A stretch of DNA of 64,000 bases from NCBI GenBank assembly GCA_947629265.1, contig CANRCZ010000003.1, forward strand, positions 8,359-72,358. Reading direction: 5' to 3'. Below, in pieces: positions 21,121 to 32,536 of the stretch. The stretch's first letter is position 1, and every line of letters starts with the position of its first letter. The notes below the pieces were generated by a model. That model did no database searches, was not told the origin of the DNA, and saw only the letters and a program-made list of their open reading frames with translations. The stretch comes from an uncultured Bacilli bacterium. Its GTDB lineage: Bacteria > Bacillota_I > Bacilli_A > RF39 > UBA660. The translations under genes and the position numbers were made by a program.

Positions 21121-22446
21121 TTAATAGTACCTTAGTATTATATCATACTTTTCACTATTTGTTTTATTAAATTGCGATTTTTTTAGATTAGGTAACCAAA
21201 CAACGTTGTCATTACTATCGACAACCACTGGCCACATATCCCTTTTTATTTTGTCAATTTTACTATCGATAAAAATATCGTTAATTTTTTTACTACCATT
21301 CATATTCTTAACATACATTCTATCACCATTATGGCGAGTTCTAACCCTAAGTGGTAATTTAATATCATTACTATTTAAACGACATATATCATTACCATTA
21401 CTATCACACTCATCAACTATATCAATACAGTGACCATTAGGTAAACTAACATGATCAATAATTTCGATTTCATAACCATCCGCTACCTCTAACTCAGGTG
21501 TAAAACTAATCTTATCATATTTCTTAACCACCTTAATATTATTAGGTAAATAAATATAACCATTACCTTTCTTACTTACAATTAAATCACTAATTAACTG
21601 TTCATGTCTATCCGTAATAAGCATTAAATCATCTTGATAAATAATCTCTAAAATTTTATCGATTACCCTCGTTTTAATTAAATCATCCAAACCATTAAAA
21701 TCCTTTAAATATAAAGTATTATCTTTATATAACGTATCAAAAACTTTATCAACCTCTTTATCTATATAATTATTATATGCTAATATCGTTCTACTAAACT
21801 TATAAAATTTTTTATGAACATTTTTATCTTCCTTTTTAAGCATAGGTACAACATACTTACGATATCTATTTCTCGTATAAACGTCCTTTTTATTAGAATT
21901 ATCAATAGCATAAGGTATACCATTAATATTGTCATAATCTTCAAGTTCCTCTTTAGTCATCTCAATTAACGGTCTTATAATCTTATAACCATTCATATCA
22001 GATAATTTAGCAAAACCGGCATACCCTCTTAAAGTAGAACCTCTAACTAGACGCATTAAAATCGTTTCCATTAAATCATCAGCATGATGCGCTGTAAGTA
22101 AATAATTAGAATTATATTTTTTAATAAGCTCTTCAAAATAATTATACCTTTTTACCCTAGCTTCATTATGAAAATTATCATCACCATAACTATCGATGAT
22201 CATATATTCAAATATGACCTTATTTTGATGACAATACTCTTCAACATTTAAAGCCTCATCAAAACTTTCCTTTCTAACATTATGATTAACATGAGCACAG
22301 ATAATATTTATACTTATTTTTTCTCTTAACTTTATTAATAAATGTAATAAAGCCATCGAATCAGGTCCACCACTAACCGCTACAACAACATTATCATTTT
22401 CCTTAAATCCAACACCTTTTAATAGATAATTATACACATTCTTCAT
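21121..22446 (-). CDS. tilS: tRNA(Ile)-lysidine synthetase
   Basis: 441-aa ORF with a PP-loop (VAVSGGPDSMALLHLL). Confidence 0.85.
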   Translation of the reverse strand: MKNVYNYLLKGVGFKENDNVVVAVSGGPDSMALLHLLIKLREKISINIICAHVNHNVRKESFDEALNVEEYCHQNKVIFEYMIIDSYGDDNFHNEARVKRYNYFEELIKKYNSNYLLTAHHADDLMETILMRLVRGSTLRGYAGFAKLSDMNGYKIIRPLIEMTKEELEDYDNINGIPYAIDNSNKKDVYTRNRYRKYVVPMLKKEDKNVHKKFYKFSRTILAYNNYIDKEVDKVFDTLYKDNTLYLKDFNGLDDLIKTRVIDKILEIIYQDDLMLITDRHEQLISDLIVSKKGNGYIYLPNNIKVVKKYDKISFTPELEVADGYEIEIIDHVSLPNGHCIDIVDECDSNGNDICRLNSNDIKLPLRVRTRHNGDRMYVKNMNGSKKINDIFIDSKIDKIKRDMWPVVVDSNDNVVWLPNLKKSQFNKTNSEKYDIILRYY

Positions 22447-22449
22447 AAA

Positions 22450-23112
22450 TTACCACTCGATTTCTTTCATATTATTATCCTTTAAAAACTTATTAGTTCT
22501 AGAAAATGGTCGACTACCAAAAAAACCACGATTAGCGGATAAAGGAGATGGATGGACACTTTCAATAATTAAATGTTTTTTATTTTTAATTAAATCTTTC
22601 TTGCTTCTAGCATAACTACCCCATAAAATAAATACCATCGGTTCTTCCCTAGCGCCTAATTTTTCAATTACCTTATCAGTAAACTCTTCCCAACCTTTAC
22701 CTTTATGTGATAGAGGACTATCCTTAACAACAGTCATAATAGAATTTAATAAAAGTACCCCTTGAATAGCCCAATCAGTTAGATCAGTATTATTTCTTTT
22801 AATCCCTAAATCATTATATAATTCAATAAAAATATTTCTTAAAGATGGTGGCATAGCAACTCCTTGTTTAACCGAAAAAGATAAACCATGTGCCTCATTT
22901 TCTCCATGATATGGATCTTGCCCTAAAATAACCACTTTAACTTTATCAAAATCAGTATATTTCATCGCATTAAATATATTTTTATATTCTGGATAAATAA
23001 TTTTATTTTTATATTCACTTTTAACAAATATACCTAAATCTCTAAAATAATCTTTTTTATATTCATCTTCTAATTCCTTATCCCACATTTCATTAATCAT
23101 AAAGATCACCAC
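22450..23112 (-). CDS. ung: Uracil-DNA glycosylase (family 1)
   Basis: 220-aa ORF with GQDPYHG and HPSPLSA motifs. Confidence 0.85.
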   Translation of the reverse strand: MVIFMINEMWDKELEDEYKKDYFRDLGIFVKSEYKNKIIYPEYKNIFNAMKYTDFDKVKVVILGQDPYHGENEAHGLSFSVKQGVAMPPSLRNIFIELYNDLGIKRNNTDLTDWAIQGVLLLNSIMTVVKDSPLSHKGKGWEEFTDKVIEKLGAREEPMVFILWGSYARSKKDLIKNKKHLIIESVHPSPLSANRGFFGSRPFSRTNKFLKDNNMKEIEW

Positions 23113-23116
23113 TTAA

Positions 23117-24433
23117 TTATTCTACCATATTTTTAGATTTATAACAATCCGTCTCTAAAACTACCACCTCAACTAAATTAAGTAGTGCATAGATATTGAT
23201 AATCGATAATATCGCAACAAAACTATCGATAATATTCCATAATAAATTCGCTGGCGCTATCGAACCAATAAACAATAAAAATAAAACGATCATTTTAAAT
23301 AATAATAATTTTTTAGAACTAATCTTACTAACTAAAAAATTTAAACTAGCTTCCCCATAATAATAACCAGTTAAAATTGTCGAAAAAGAAAATAAAAAAA
23401 TAAAAACAAACAATATCATATTACCTATTTGACCAAAATGATAAGTAAACGCTAAAGAGATAATCTCAATACCATTAATATCATCTAAAATTAAACTTTG
23501 ATAAGGACTTAATAATATTAAAAAACAAGTCGCTGTACAAATTAATAAACCCGTAATATAGACACCTAATATCTGAACATAACCTTGCTTACTAGGTATT
23601 TTAGTATTAGATGAAGCCGATAAAATAGCTGCCGTACCGACACCTGCTTCACTAGAAAATATACCCCTTTGAATACCAACTATAATAGTAGTGATAATAC
23701 CACCATGAACAGCCTTAAAATTTAAACCACTTTTAACAATACTAACAATAATACCAGGTACTTTATCAATATTTATAACTACAACATATAAAACGACCAA
23801 CATATAAAGTAAAGACATTATAGGAACTAACTTACTACTTACTTTAGCAATCTCCTTAGCCCCACCAATAATACATAAACCCGTAATAATAATAATTACC
23901 ATACCAACAATCATCGGATTAATACTTATAATAGCATTAACAGACTTAGCTATCGTATTAGCTTGTATCCCTAAAAAACCACCGATATAGCTGATAATTA
24001 TAATGATACTATAAATGATACCTAGTTTTTTAAGTCCTAAACCATTAGTAATATAATAACTTGGTCCACCTTTATTAAGCTTATCATCCTTTTTCCGATA
24101 AATTACACCTAAAACTGTTTCCGCATACGCTAAAACACTACTTAATATCGTAATAATCCATAACCATAAAATACTACCAACTCCACCAATATAGATACCT
24201 AAAGCGATACCAGCTATACTACCAACTCCAATTTTACCACCCAAAGTCATCATTAAAGTTTCCAAAGTTGTAAGACCACTACCCGTACTTTTATCCTTTA
24301 AATTACGAAATATTTCCTTAAAATCAAACTGAATAAACCGTAATTTATAAGTATAATAAATGCTTGATAAAATTAGTAATGAGGTGGCAATCGCCCATAA
24401 TATTTTATTTGTTAATACTAACACATGTATCAC
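23117..24433 (-). CDS. Alanine/glycine:cation symporter (AGCS family)
   Basis: 438-aa polytopic membrane ORF with an AGCS-like segment (GGVGSILWLWIITILSS...YRKKDD). Confidence 0.65.
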   Translation of the reverse strand: MIHVLVLTNKILWAIATSLLILSSIYYTYKLRFIQFDFKEIFRNLKDKSTGSGLTTLETLMMTLGGKIGVGSIAGIALGIYIGGVGSILWLWIITILSSVLAYAETVLGVIYRKKDDKLNKGGPSYYITNGLGLKKLGIIYSIIIIISYIGGFLGIQANTIAKSVNAIISINPMIVGMVIIIITGLCIIGGAKEIAKVSSKLVPIMSLLYMLVVLYVVVINIDKVPGIIVSIVKSGLNFKAVHGGIITTIIVGIQRGIFSSEAGVGTAAILSASSNTKIPSKQGYVQILGVYITGLLICTATCFLILLSPYQSLILDDINGIEIISLAFTYHFGQIGNMILFVFIFLFSFSTILTGYYYGEASLNFLVSKISSKKLLLFKMIVLFLLFIGSIAPANLLWNIIDSFVAILSIINIYALLNLVEVVVLETDCYKSKNMVE

Positions 24434-24502
24434 CTATAATATTATATGATTTTTTATTGTCAAATAATTGGATATTAAGTAGATAATAAAAACATCCAAT
24501 TA

Positions 24503-25333
24503 TTACTGAATGTTTAAATTATTCGCTAAATCAATAAAAATATCGATACTTAACTGTTCCGCTCTAGCAGTTAAATCAAAATTATATTTTTTTAATACCT
24601 CATTTACTTTATCTAAGTCATAATCCTTTAAATTATTTCTAAGATTTTTTCTTTTCATTTTAAAAGCATCCTTTACTAACTTAAAAAATAAAGTTTCATC
24701 ATTAACTTTTAAATTATTTTCTTTTTTATTAAACATTACTACAATACTATCGACATTTGGTTTAGGCATAAATACATTTTTAGAAATATCTAATACCTTT
24801 TTAATATCATAATAATAACTTAAATAAATAGATAAAGAAGAATAATCCTTAGAATTAGGTTTAGCTTTAAACCTATCACCTACCTCTTTTTGAACCATAA
24901 CGACGATCTTATCAGGTAATATCTTATCTTCAATTAATTTAATAATGATCGGTGTCGTTATATAATATGGTAAATTCGCTACGACATAAAGTTTTTTATA
25001 ACTATATTTTTTAATATCTTCTTTAACATTAGATAATAAGAAATCTTCATATTTAATCTCTAAATTATCACTTTGTACCATATGATCTAATATTGGTTTT
25101 AATCGCGTATCTATCTCATAACATAAAACATTTTTAGCCTTTTCAACTAACGAACCTGTTAAAGCCCCAGCTCCTGGTCCAATCTCTATTACTAAAGTAT
25201 CTTTATCGATTTCTGATTTATTTATAATACTATTAATTATATTAGCATCAATAATAAAATTTTGACCGTACATTTTTTTAAAATCAAAACCATTACTATC
25301 TAGTATTTCCTTTAATTTTGTAATTGAATACAT
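24503..25333 (-). CDS. rsmA: 16S rRNA (adenine1518/1519-N6)-dimethyltransferase
   Basis: 276-aa ORF with GQNFIID and the SAM motif IEIGPGAGALT. Confidence 0.9.
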   Translation of the reverse strand: MYSITKLKEILDSNGFDFKKMYGQNFIIDANIINSIINKSEIDKDTLVIEIGPGAGALTGSLVEKAKNVLCYEIDTRLKPILDHMVQSDNLEIKYEDFLLSNVKEDIKKYSYKKLYVVANLPYYITTPIIIKLIEDKILPDKIVVMVQKEVGDRFKAKPNSKDYSSLSIYLSYYYDIKKVLDISKNVFMPKPNVDSIVVMFNKKENNLKVNDETLFFKLVKDAFKMKRKNLRNNLKDYDLDKVNEVLKKYNFDLTARAEQLSIDIFIDLANNLNIQ

Positions 25334-25347
25334 AAAATCACTTCCAA

Positions 25348-26109
25348 TTATATATTAAAAATATTTTTAGCATTTTTAAAAGTTTCATCAAAAACTTTTT
25401 CTATATCAATACCTTTGATACTAGCGATTTCTTTAGCCACATAATATACATTATAAGGTTCATTTTTCATACCTCTAAATGGTTCAGGTGTTAAATAAGG
25501 ACTATCTGTTTCTAAAACTAGATGAGATAAATCAGTATTTAATACTACCTCTTTTATTTTTGAACTATTTTTAAAAGTCAAAACTCCACCAATACCTAAA
25601 TACATACCTAAATTAATAAATTTTTTAGACATTTCTAAACTATAACTATAACAGTGCATAATCGCCTTAGTATCTAAATATTTTTCTAGTATTTCATAAG
25701 TATCTAAAGCTGCATCCCTCGAATGAACAACAATCGGACATTTTAATTTATTCGCTAAAAGGATCTGTTTAATAAAAGCATCATGTTGTCTATCTTTATC
25801 AGTATCATCATAATGATAATCCAAACCGATCTCACCAATACCTACTATCTTAGGATTTTTTAATTGTTCCTCTAATATATTTAAACTATCAGAAGAAAAA
25901 TCATCTAACTCACTAGGATGAAAACCGATTGTACCATAGATATTAGGATATTTGTTTACTAAGTCAATAACCTCTAAATTAGATTTACTATCATACCCAC
26001 TAGCGATAATAATATTATCTTTCATCTTCATAATAATATCATCTAAATTATCATAATCCTCTTTCAAAAGATGACAATGTGTATCTACCATCATACTGAT
26101 CACTCCCAT
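25348..26109 (-). CDS. tatD: TatD-family metal-dependent DNase/hydrolase
   Basis: 253-aa ORF with MVDTHCHL and GEIGLDYH motifs. Confidence 0.85.
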   Translation of the reverse strand: MGVISMMVDTHCHLLKEDYDNLDDIIMKMKDNIIIASGYDSKSNLEVIDLVNKYPNIYGTIGFHPSELDDFSSDSLNILEEQLKNPKIVGIGEIGLDYHYDDTDKDRQHDAFIKQILLANKLKCPIVVHSRDAALDTYEILEKYLDTKAIMHCYSYSLEMSKKFINLGMYLGIGGVLTFKNSSKIKEVVLNTDLSHLVLETDSPYLTPEPFRGMKNEPYNVYYVAKEIASIKGIDIEKVFDETFKNAKNIFNI

Positions 26110-26185
26110 TCAAATTTGTAATCGATATAAATATCATACCATAGTTATAACTAAATTACATCAGCCAAAAGAAAAAAGTTACATA

Positions 26186-26380
26186 TCAGTAACTATCATC
26201 TATATCATCCATTTTTCCCCATACTTTAACATAAACCAATCGAACACCACAAAAAAGCATTAAAAATAAATACAAAATATCGATTGATTGCTTACTATTT
26301 ACAGCTTCTAAAAAAACTAAAGACATTAAAACTAAAAACGTTAAAGACACAATTCTTTCCTCCATTTTAGTTGCTTTCAT
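26186..26380 (-). CDS. Small hypothetical membrane protein
   Basis: 64-aa ORF with two hydrophobic segments. No other support. Confidence 0.3.
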   Translation of the reverse strand: MKATKMEERIVSLTFLVLMSLVFLEAVNSKQSIDILYLFLMLFCGVRLVYVKVWGKMDDIDDSY

Positions 26381-26479
26381 AAATATCTCCTTTTTTCGCT
26401 ACAAGACCATCATATCATATATTTTTAAAACATTTGTAAAAAAGTGTCGAAAGTTTATAATAAAGTGTAAAGGAAATAT

Positions 26480-27010
26480 CTATTCACTTAAATACTTGTT
26501 AAAAAAGTTAGCTGCTATCAAAGCTATTTTCTCTTCTAATTCCGTAATCTTATCATCAGTCGATAAAATAATAACCATACCCATCATATCACCATTGACA
26601 ATGATCGGTTTCATAACATAAGTACATTCAATTTCCTTATCTTGAACGATTTCCAACGTTTTCTTATGCTTTTCTAGTATATTCTCTCTTCTAGTTATTA
26701 AATTTATCATCTTTTCACTCAATTCCTTATTTTGAAAATCCTTTTTCAAACTACCTGATACAGCGATAATACTATCATTATCAGTAATAATTACATTATG
26801 TTTCAAAAAAGAATGCATAGAATCTGTAAAGTCTTGAGCAAAATCACCTAACCTTTTAACTAATGAATACTTTCTTAAAATAATTTGATCATGATCAACA
26901 TATATCTCAACATTTTCCCCATCTCTAATACGCATTGTTTTTCTAATTTCTTTTGGTATAACAATTCTACCTAATTCATCGATTCTTCTAACAACTCCAG
27001 TTGTTTTCAT
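26480..27010 (-). CDS. AbrB/SpoVT-family regulator (SpoVT/AbrB N-domain plus a GAF-like C-domain)
   Basis: 176-aa ORF with the swapped-hairpin motif GVVRRIDELGRIVIPKEIRKTMRI. Position downstream of mfd matches mfd-spoVT synteny in Bacillus. Confidence 0.7.
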   Translation of the reverse strand: MKTTGVVRRIDELGRIVIPKEIRKTMRIRDGENVEIYVDHDQIILRKYSLVKRLGDFAQDFTDSMHSFLKHNVIITDNDSIIAVSGSLKKDFQNKELSEKMINLITRRENILEKHKKTLEIVQDKEIECTYVMKPIIVNGDMMGMVIILSTDDKITELEEKIALIAANFFNKYLSE

Positions 27011-27065
27011 CTTTTTACCTCCTTAATTTTATTGTGAATAAAATTAAAGAAAATATACCAAAATA

Positions 27066-30000
27066 TTAATGTGTATTTTTTACATTATATACTTTTTTAA
27101 CCGTTTCTAACAGTTTTATTAAATAATAAATAAAGTGTTCATCTAAATTAATCGTATCTAAAGTGATAATTAAACATTTTTGTTTCATACTAAAACGGAA
27201 TTTACGACTTATATCATTGACAGCCATAAATAACTCATCACCATCGATATTATTAGTAATTTCTTCTGGTAAAGTAATTTCAATAAAATTAGGTGTCTGT
27301 CTAACCTTAGTAATATTTAGATCACCGGCTAATTTTTCAAACCACTCTTCATGCATATAGATTAACATATTATCAGATATACGACCAAATCTATCCTCAA
27401 TATTCTCTTTTACTTTTAATAATTTCTCATAAGAATCGATCGAATTGATTTCTTTATGAATTTCGATTTTTAAATCAGTATCTGCTACATACTCATCATC
27501 GATCGTAGTCGCCACATTAATAAGCGATTTTTCGGTGTTTATCTCTTTTTTAACGGGTATACCTTTTAATTTATTAACCTCTTCATTAAGCATACTAAGA
27601 TATAACTCGATACCGACACTATCGATAAAACCAGCTTGTTCACTACCTAAAATATCACCAGCACCTCTAATCGATAGATCACGCATAGCAATACTAAAAC
27701 CACTACCTAATTCAGTAAATTCTTTGATCGTTTCTAGCCTTTTACTAGCGGTTTCAGAAATATTCTTATTAGGTTTATACATTAAATAACAATAAGCGAT
27801 TTTATCACTACGACCAACTCGGCCTCTTAATTGATATAGTTGTGATAAACCAAATTTATCAGCATCGATAATAATTAAAGTATTGACGTTAGGCATATCG
27901 ATACCTGTTTCAATAATAGTTGTACATAGCAAAATATCAAATTCCTTATTCATAAATTTAATCATGATATTTTCTAATTCATCTTTTTGCATTCGACCAT
28001 GAGCATAAACGATCTTAACGTCAGGCATCAATTTTTGTAATTCACTTTTTTTATTTTCGATCGTTTCAACACTATTATATAAGATAAATACTTGACCATC
28101 ACGGGCTAATTCCTTATAAATAGCGTCCTTAATGATAACACTATTTTCTTCTAACACATAAGTTTGGACAGGATATCGATTTACTGGTGGTGTTTCAATT
28201 AAAGATAAACTCCTAATACCTGCCATCGACATTTGCAACGTACGAGGAATTGGTGTAGCCGATAAAGTTAAAACGTCAATATTATTTTTATAACTTTTAA
28301 TCTTCTCCTTATGTTTTACACCAAAACGTTGTTCCTCATCAATTACTAGTAAACCTAAATCTTTAAAAATAATATCGTCACTTAGTATCCGATGAGTACC
28401 TATTAAAATATCGATTTTACCCTCTTTAACGTCTTCGATAATCTCTTTCATTTTTTTAGTTGATACAAAACGATTTAATAACGCTATATTAACACCTGTA
28501 TTTTCAAATCTTCTTATCGCATTTTTATAATGTTGACTAGATAATATCGTCGTAGGACATAAATATGCCACTTGTTTTTTAGATAAAACCGCTTTATACA
28601 TAGCTCTAAAAGCTACCTCGGTTTTACCATATCCAACATCACCACATAACAAGCGATCCATCGGATGATTTGACTCCATATCTCTTTTGATTTCTTCACT
28701 AACACGGTGTTGATCGACCGTCTCTTCATAATCAAAATGACTTTCAAATTCGTATTGATCTTGATCATCTTTAATAAACGCAAAACCTTTACTATTTTCT
28801 CTTTTAGCATATAGTTTTAATAAATCAGATGCGATACTTTCAATTTTCTTTCTAACTCTTAACTTAGTTTTAGCCCAATCACTACTACCTAATTTATTTA
28901 CCTTTGGTACGATACTATCATTAGATGAATACTTACTTAACAAATCGATTTTTTCAACGGGAATATATAATTTATCGCCACCTTGATATTCGATAGTAAG
29001 ATAATCTTTTAAAATTTTATTTTGATTTAAAGTTTTTAACCCGATATAGCGTCCAATACCATGAACACTATGAACAATATAATCCCCAATATTAAGTTTG
29101 GTTAAATCTTTAATTTTCGTACCATATTTAAAATTACTTTTATAATGGGCTACTGACTCTTTTTTATTAAATATTTCAGCTTCACTTATGACGACATAAT
29201 TATCAAATAGAAAACCGAACTTAATTTTTTTAATTATCAAGTTAATTTTTTTATCATAAATTTCATTTTCATTAGTTACGACAAAATTTTTATTTTCTAT
29301 GTTGTCGATAATTCGATTTATTTGGTATCTACTAGATAGACAGATAATGACCGTTTTATTTTTTTCGATATACATATTAAGTCGTTTATTGACGTCGACT
29401 AAACTATTAGAAAATGGTTCGATCGCATATGTATTATAATTATCTAATGATTTAGCGAAATTTACTTTATTATCATATTTGGTAAAATAAATACTTTTAA
29501 TTTTATTAACCTCATCTAAATTAAACATGTATTTATCATCAGTTTCATTACTTATATTATAATCATTTATCTCATCTAATAATATCTTATTTTCATTTAA
29601 AATATCATTGTAATCTTCATAAAATAAAACTGGATTTTTTAAATAATTACTAAGATTAGCGACGATTTCATATTTAGGTAAATGCTTTTGATTTTTATCA
29701 TCGACACTTTTTGAGGTAATAAATTCTGTATTAGGTTTTATGATTACGTCTAAAGTATTATCGATTGTCTTTTGAGTATCAGCATCAAAAATACGAATTG
29801 AATCTAAAGTATCACCCCAAAATTCTAATCTGATTGGATTAGTAGCGGTTATCGGAAAAATATCGATAATGTAACCTCGAACAGCGATATCACCTGTCTT
29901 ATTTACGACGGTTGTATTTTCATAGCCGATATCATATAGATCAGATACTAGTTTTTTCATATTATATTCATTATCTTTTTTAATACTTATATATCTTTTT

Positions 30001-30359
30001 TCATAAGCTTTTTTAAGTGGTAAATATCTTAAGTATCCCATTAAATTAGTAATTACTATCTGTTTATCATCATTAATTAAAGAATCTAAAGTTTCTAAAC
30101 GAGTAATTTTAAATTCAGGACTGATGGCGATTGACTCACTAGTTAAAAAATCATCCATAGGAAATAATAAAACATTATCAGTATAATTATTTAAAATTTG
30201 ATACATTTTATTAGCTTGATATAATGTGCTTGTTAAAACGATAATACCACAATTATTTTTTTTATAATAATTATATACATATATACCCTTTAACTCATCT
30301 GTTAAACCAGCTACGTTTTCACTATCATAATTATCAAACATTTTATCTATGAAAGACAT
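27066..30359 (-). CDS. mfd: Transcription-repair coupling factor
   Basis: 1097-aa ORF with UvrB-like N-domains, a superfamily-2 helicase core (GDVGYGKTEVAFRA, DEEQRFG) and a TRG motif. Confidence 0.95.
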   Translation of the reverse strand: MSFIDKMFDNYDSENVAGLTDELKGIYVYNYYKKNNCGIIVLTSTLYQANKMYQILNNYTDNVLLFPMDDFLTSESIAISPEFKITRLETLDSLINDDKQIVITNLMGYLRYLPLKKAYEKRYISIKKDNEYNMKKLVSDLYDIGYENTTVVNKTGDIAVRGYIIDIFPITATNPIRLEFWGDTLDSIRIFDADTQKTIDNTLDVIIKPNTEFITSKSVDDKNQKHLPKYEIVANLSNYLKNPVLFYEDYNDILNENKILLDEINDYNISNETDDKYMFNLDEVNKIKSIYFTKYDNKVNFAKSLDNYNTYAIEPFSNSLVDVNKRLNMYIEKNKTVIICLSSRYQINRIIDNIENKNFVVTNENEIYDKKINLIIKKIKFGFLFDNYVVISEAEIFNKKESVAHYKSNFKYGTKIKDLTKLNIGDYIVHSVHGIGRYIGLKTLNQNKILKDYLTIEYQGGDKLYIPVEKIDLLSKYSSNDSIVPKVNKLGSSDWAKTKLRVRKKIESIASDLLKLYAKRENSKGFAFIKDDQDQYEFESHFDYEETVDQHRVSEEIKRDMESNHPMDRLLCGDVGYGKTEVAFRAMYKAVLSKKQVAYLCPTTILSSQHYKNAIRRFENTGVNIALLNRFVSTKKMKEIIEDVKEGKIDILIGTHRILSDDIIFKDLGLLVIDEEQRFGVKHKEKIKSYKNNIDVLTLSATPIPRTLQMSMAGIRSLSLIETPPVNRYPVQTYVLEENSVIIKDAIYKELARDGQVFILYNSVETIENKKSELQKLMPDVKIVYAHGRMQKDELENIMIKFMNKEFDILLCTTIIETGIDMPNVNTLIIIDADKFGLSQLYQLRGRVGRSDKIAYCYLMYKPNKNISETASKRLETIKEFTELGSGFSIAMRDLSIRGAGDILGSEQAGFIDSVGIELYLSMLNEEVNKLKGIPVKKEINTEKSLINVATTIDDEYVADTDLKIEIHKEINSIDSYEKLLKVKENIEDRFGRISDNMLIYMHEEWFEKLAGDLNITKVRQTPNFIEITLPEEITNNIDGDELFMAVNDISRKFRFSMKQKCLIITLDTINLDEHFIYYLIKLLETVKKVYNVKNTH

Positions 30360-30406
30360 ATTAAACTCCTCCTTTTAATTAACGACCAAAAAGGATACTA
30401 TTCGTA

Positions 30407-30967
30407 TCACTTACGGTTATATTTATTCATTAAGTTATCGAACGACATATTCAAATAATCATTAAATATATCAGGTACGATATCGATAATTTCTTTGATT
30501 TTATTTGCTTCATCAAGTGGTATTTTACCTAGTACATAATCTTTAGTATCGGCATTTTTATCATTTGATATACCTATTTTTAAACGTTTATATTCATTTG
30601 TTTTTAAATTATGCTCGATATTTTTTAAACCATTATGACCACCGCTACTACCTTTTTGCTTTAGTTTATATTTACCAACTGGTAAATCTAAGTCATCACA
30701 GATGATTAAGATATCATCAATAGGTATTTTAAAATAATTAACATAATTTATTAAAACGTCACCTGATAGATTTATATACTTTTGGGGTTTCAATAAGATT
30801 ATATCTTCATCATTAATCTTTATTTTAGTGAATTTACCACCAAATTTATCTTTATCGATTGCAGTATGATATTTTCTAGCGATATTATCAATAGCTTGAA
30901 AACCGACATTGTGTCTGGTGTGTTCATACTCTCTTCCAATATTTCCCAATCCGACTATTAATTTCAT
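30407..30967 (-). CDS. pth: Peptidyl-tRNA hydrolase
   Basis: 186-aa ORF starting MKLIVGLGNIGREYEHTRHNVGF. Confidence 0.9.
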   Translation of the reverse strand: MKLIVGLGNIGREYEHTRHNVGFQAIDNIARKYHTAIDKDKFGGKFTKIKINDEDIILLKPQKYINLSGDVLINYVNYFKIPIDDILIICDDLDLPVGKYKLKQKGSSGGHNGLKNIEHNLKTNEYKRLKIGISNDKNADTKDYVLGKIPLDEANKIKEIIDIVPDIFNDYLNMSFDNLMNKYNRK

Positions 30968-31806
30968 TCTTCACCTCGATGATATATTTTATATATTTCA
31001 CTTTTTGATATTTTCCGCAATTTTGCAACCTCTTTAATAGCTTGTTTTGAATCATAACCTTGAGCTATAAATTCTTCAATATGTTCAGTAATTGACAAGT
31101 TGTCATAGTTTTTCTCTTTTATTTCACCATCCACGATTATTACTAATTCACCTTTAATGTCAACCATTTGTCCTTTGATTTCTGAAACGGTTCCGCGATA
31201 TATTTCTTCGTATTTCTTTGATATTTCCCGGGAAATTGATATTTTTCTATTTCCCAGAATTTCTAATATATCGTCTAAGGTTTCAATTATTCGATGGGGT
31301 GACTCATAAAAAATCATAGTGTATGGTAGATCACTTAATTTTTGTAATTCTTTTTGTTTTTTAGAATGTTTATTATTTAAAAAACCATAAAATAAAAATG
31401 GTTGTGAACTTAATCCTGATGTAATTAAAGCTGGTATCAAAGCGGTTGGTCCAGGTAAGGCTACAACATTGTAATTATTTTCGATCGCTATTTTGACTAG
31501 TTCATAACCGGGATCACTTATAATAGGAGTGCCTCTATCAGTTACAATACCGACATCAAAACCATTTTTTAAATAAGATAGCAGTTTATTATCGTTTTTA
31601 TGTTCATTGAAATTGTGACTAGATATTAGTTTTTTATTTATATCTAAGGATTTTAATAATAAACCAGTTACTCTTGTATCTTCGGAAAAAATAACCTCGA
31701 CTTTTTTTAATGTATTGATAGCCCGCAAAGTTATATCTTCCATATTGCCGATGGGGGTTGGTATTAGATAAACTGTTGGACTATTATCATAACTTTTTTG
31801 TGACAT
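30964..31806 (-). CDS. rsmI: 16S rRNA (cytidine1402-2'-O)-methyltransferase (tetrapyrrole-methylase fold)
   Basis: 280-aa ORF, YabC/RsmI-like (LYLIPTPIGN, SDPG). Confidence 0.85.
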   Translation of the reverse strand: MSQKSYDNSPTVYLIPTPIGNMEDITLRAINTLKKVEVIFSEDTRVTGLLLKSLDINKKLISSHNFNEHKNDNKLLSYLKNGFDVGIVTDRGTPIISDPGYELVKIAIENNYNVVALPGPTALIPALITSGLSSQPFLFYGFLNNKHSKKQKELQKLSDLPYTMIFYESPHRIIETLDDILEILGNRKISISREISKKYEEIYRGTVSEIKGQMVDIKGELVIIVDGEIKEKNYDNLSITEHIEEFIAQGYDSKQAIKEVAKLRKISKSEIYKIYHRGEE

Positions 31807-31816
31807 AATTCACCCT

Positions 31817-32536
31817 CTAACTAAAGTATTTTTTAATTTGATCGGTATAACTGCCATCATCATTATGTGTATAAAGTGGTTCTAATATTTTAAGATCGGG
31901 TTTACCGTTTTTGACACCCTCGATTAATAAAATATTAGCTTCTTTATTTTGATTAGGATAAACTAATTGAATTTTTTTAGGTTCGATATTGTATTTTCGC
32001 ATTACCTCAATTATATCAACAAGTCTCTCAGGACGATGAACTAGTGATAAGATACCATTATTTTTAAGTAATTTGCGACTTATTTTAAGTATATCTTCTA
32101 ATGTTAATTTAACCTCATGACGTGCTATTACTTTGTACTCACTATCATTAAAAGCTGATTTATCATTTATTTTAAAGTAAGGTGGATTACAGGTTATTAA
32201 ATCATAACTTTCAGTTGGTTGTAAGTTTGCATATTCTTTTATATCTTGATTTATTATTTTAATCTGTTTTTCTAAATTGTTGTATTGTACTGATTTAACT
32301 GCTAAAGTTGATACCTCTTTTTGAATTTCAATACCTGTAATTTTTGCCTTAGTTTTTAATGATAGAATTATCGGTATAATAGCATTGCCTGTTCCAATAT
32401 CTAAAATATTTTTAACAGTTTTATTTATCGTTACAAAGTTTGGGAGAAGAATAGAATCTAATGAAAATTTAAACATATCAGTATTTTGATATATTTTAAT
32501 ATTTTCATAACCTAATATGTAATTTAAGTCTTCCAA
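31817..32536 (-). CDS. SAM-dependent methyltransferase, YabB/TrmN6-like
   Basis: 239-aa ORF with the N6-MTase motif NPPY (CNPPYFK) and SAM motif DIGTGNAIIP. Confidence 0.7.
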   Translation of the reverse strand: MEDLNYILGYENIKIYQNTDMFKFSLDSILLPNFVTINKTVKNILDIGTGNAIIPIILSLKTKAKITGIEIQKEVSTLAVKSVQYNNLEKQIKIINQDIKEYANLQPTESYDLITCNPPYFKINDKSAFNDSEYKVIARHEVKLTLEDILKISRKLLKNNGILSLVHRPERLVDIIEVMRKYNIEPKKIQLVYPNQNKEANILLIEGVKNGKPDLKILEPLYTHNDDGSYTDQIKKYFS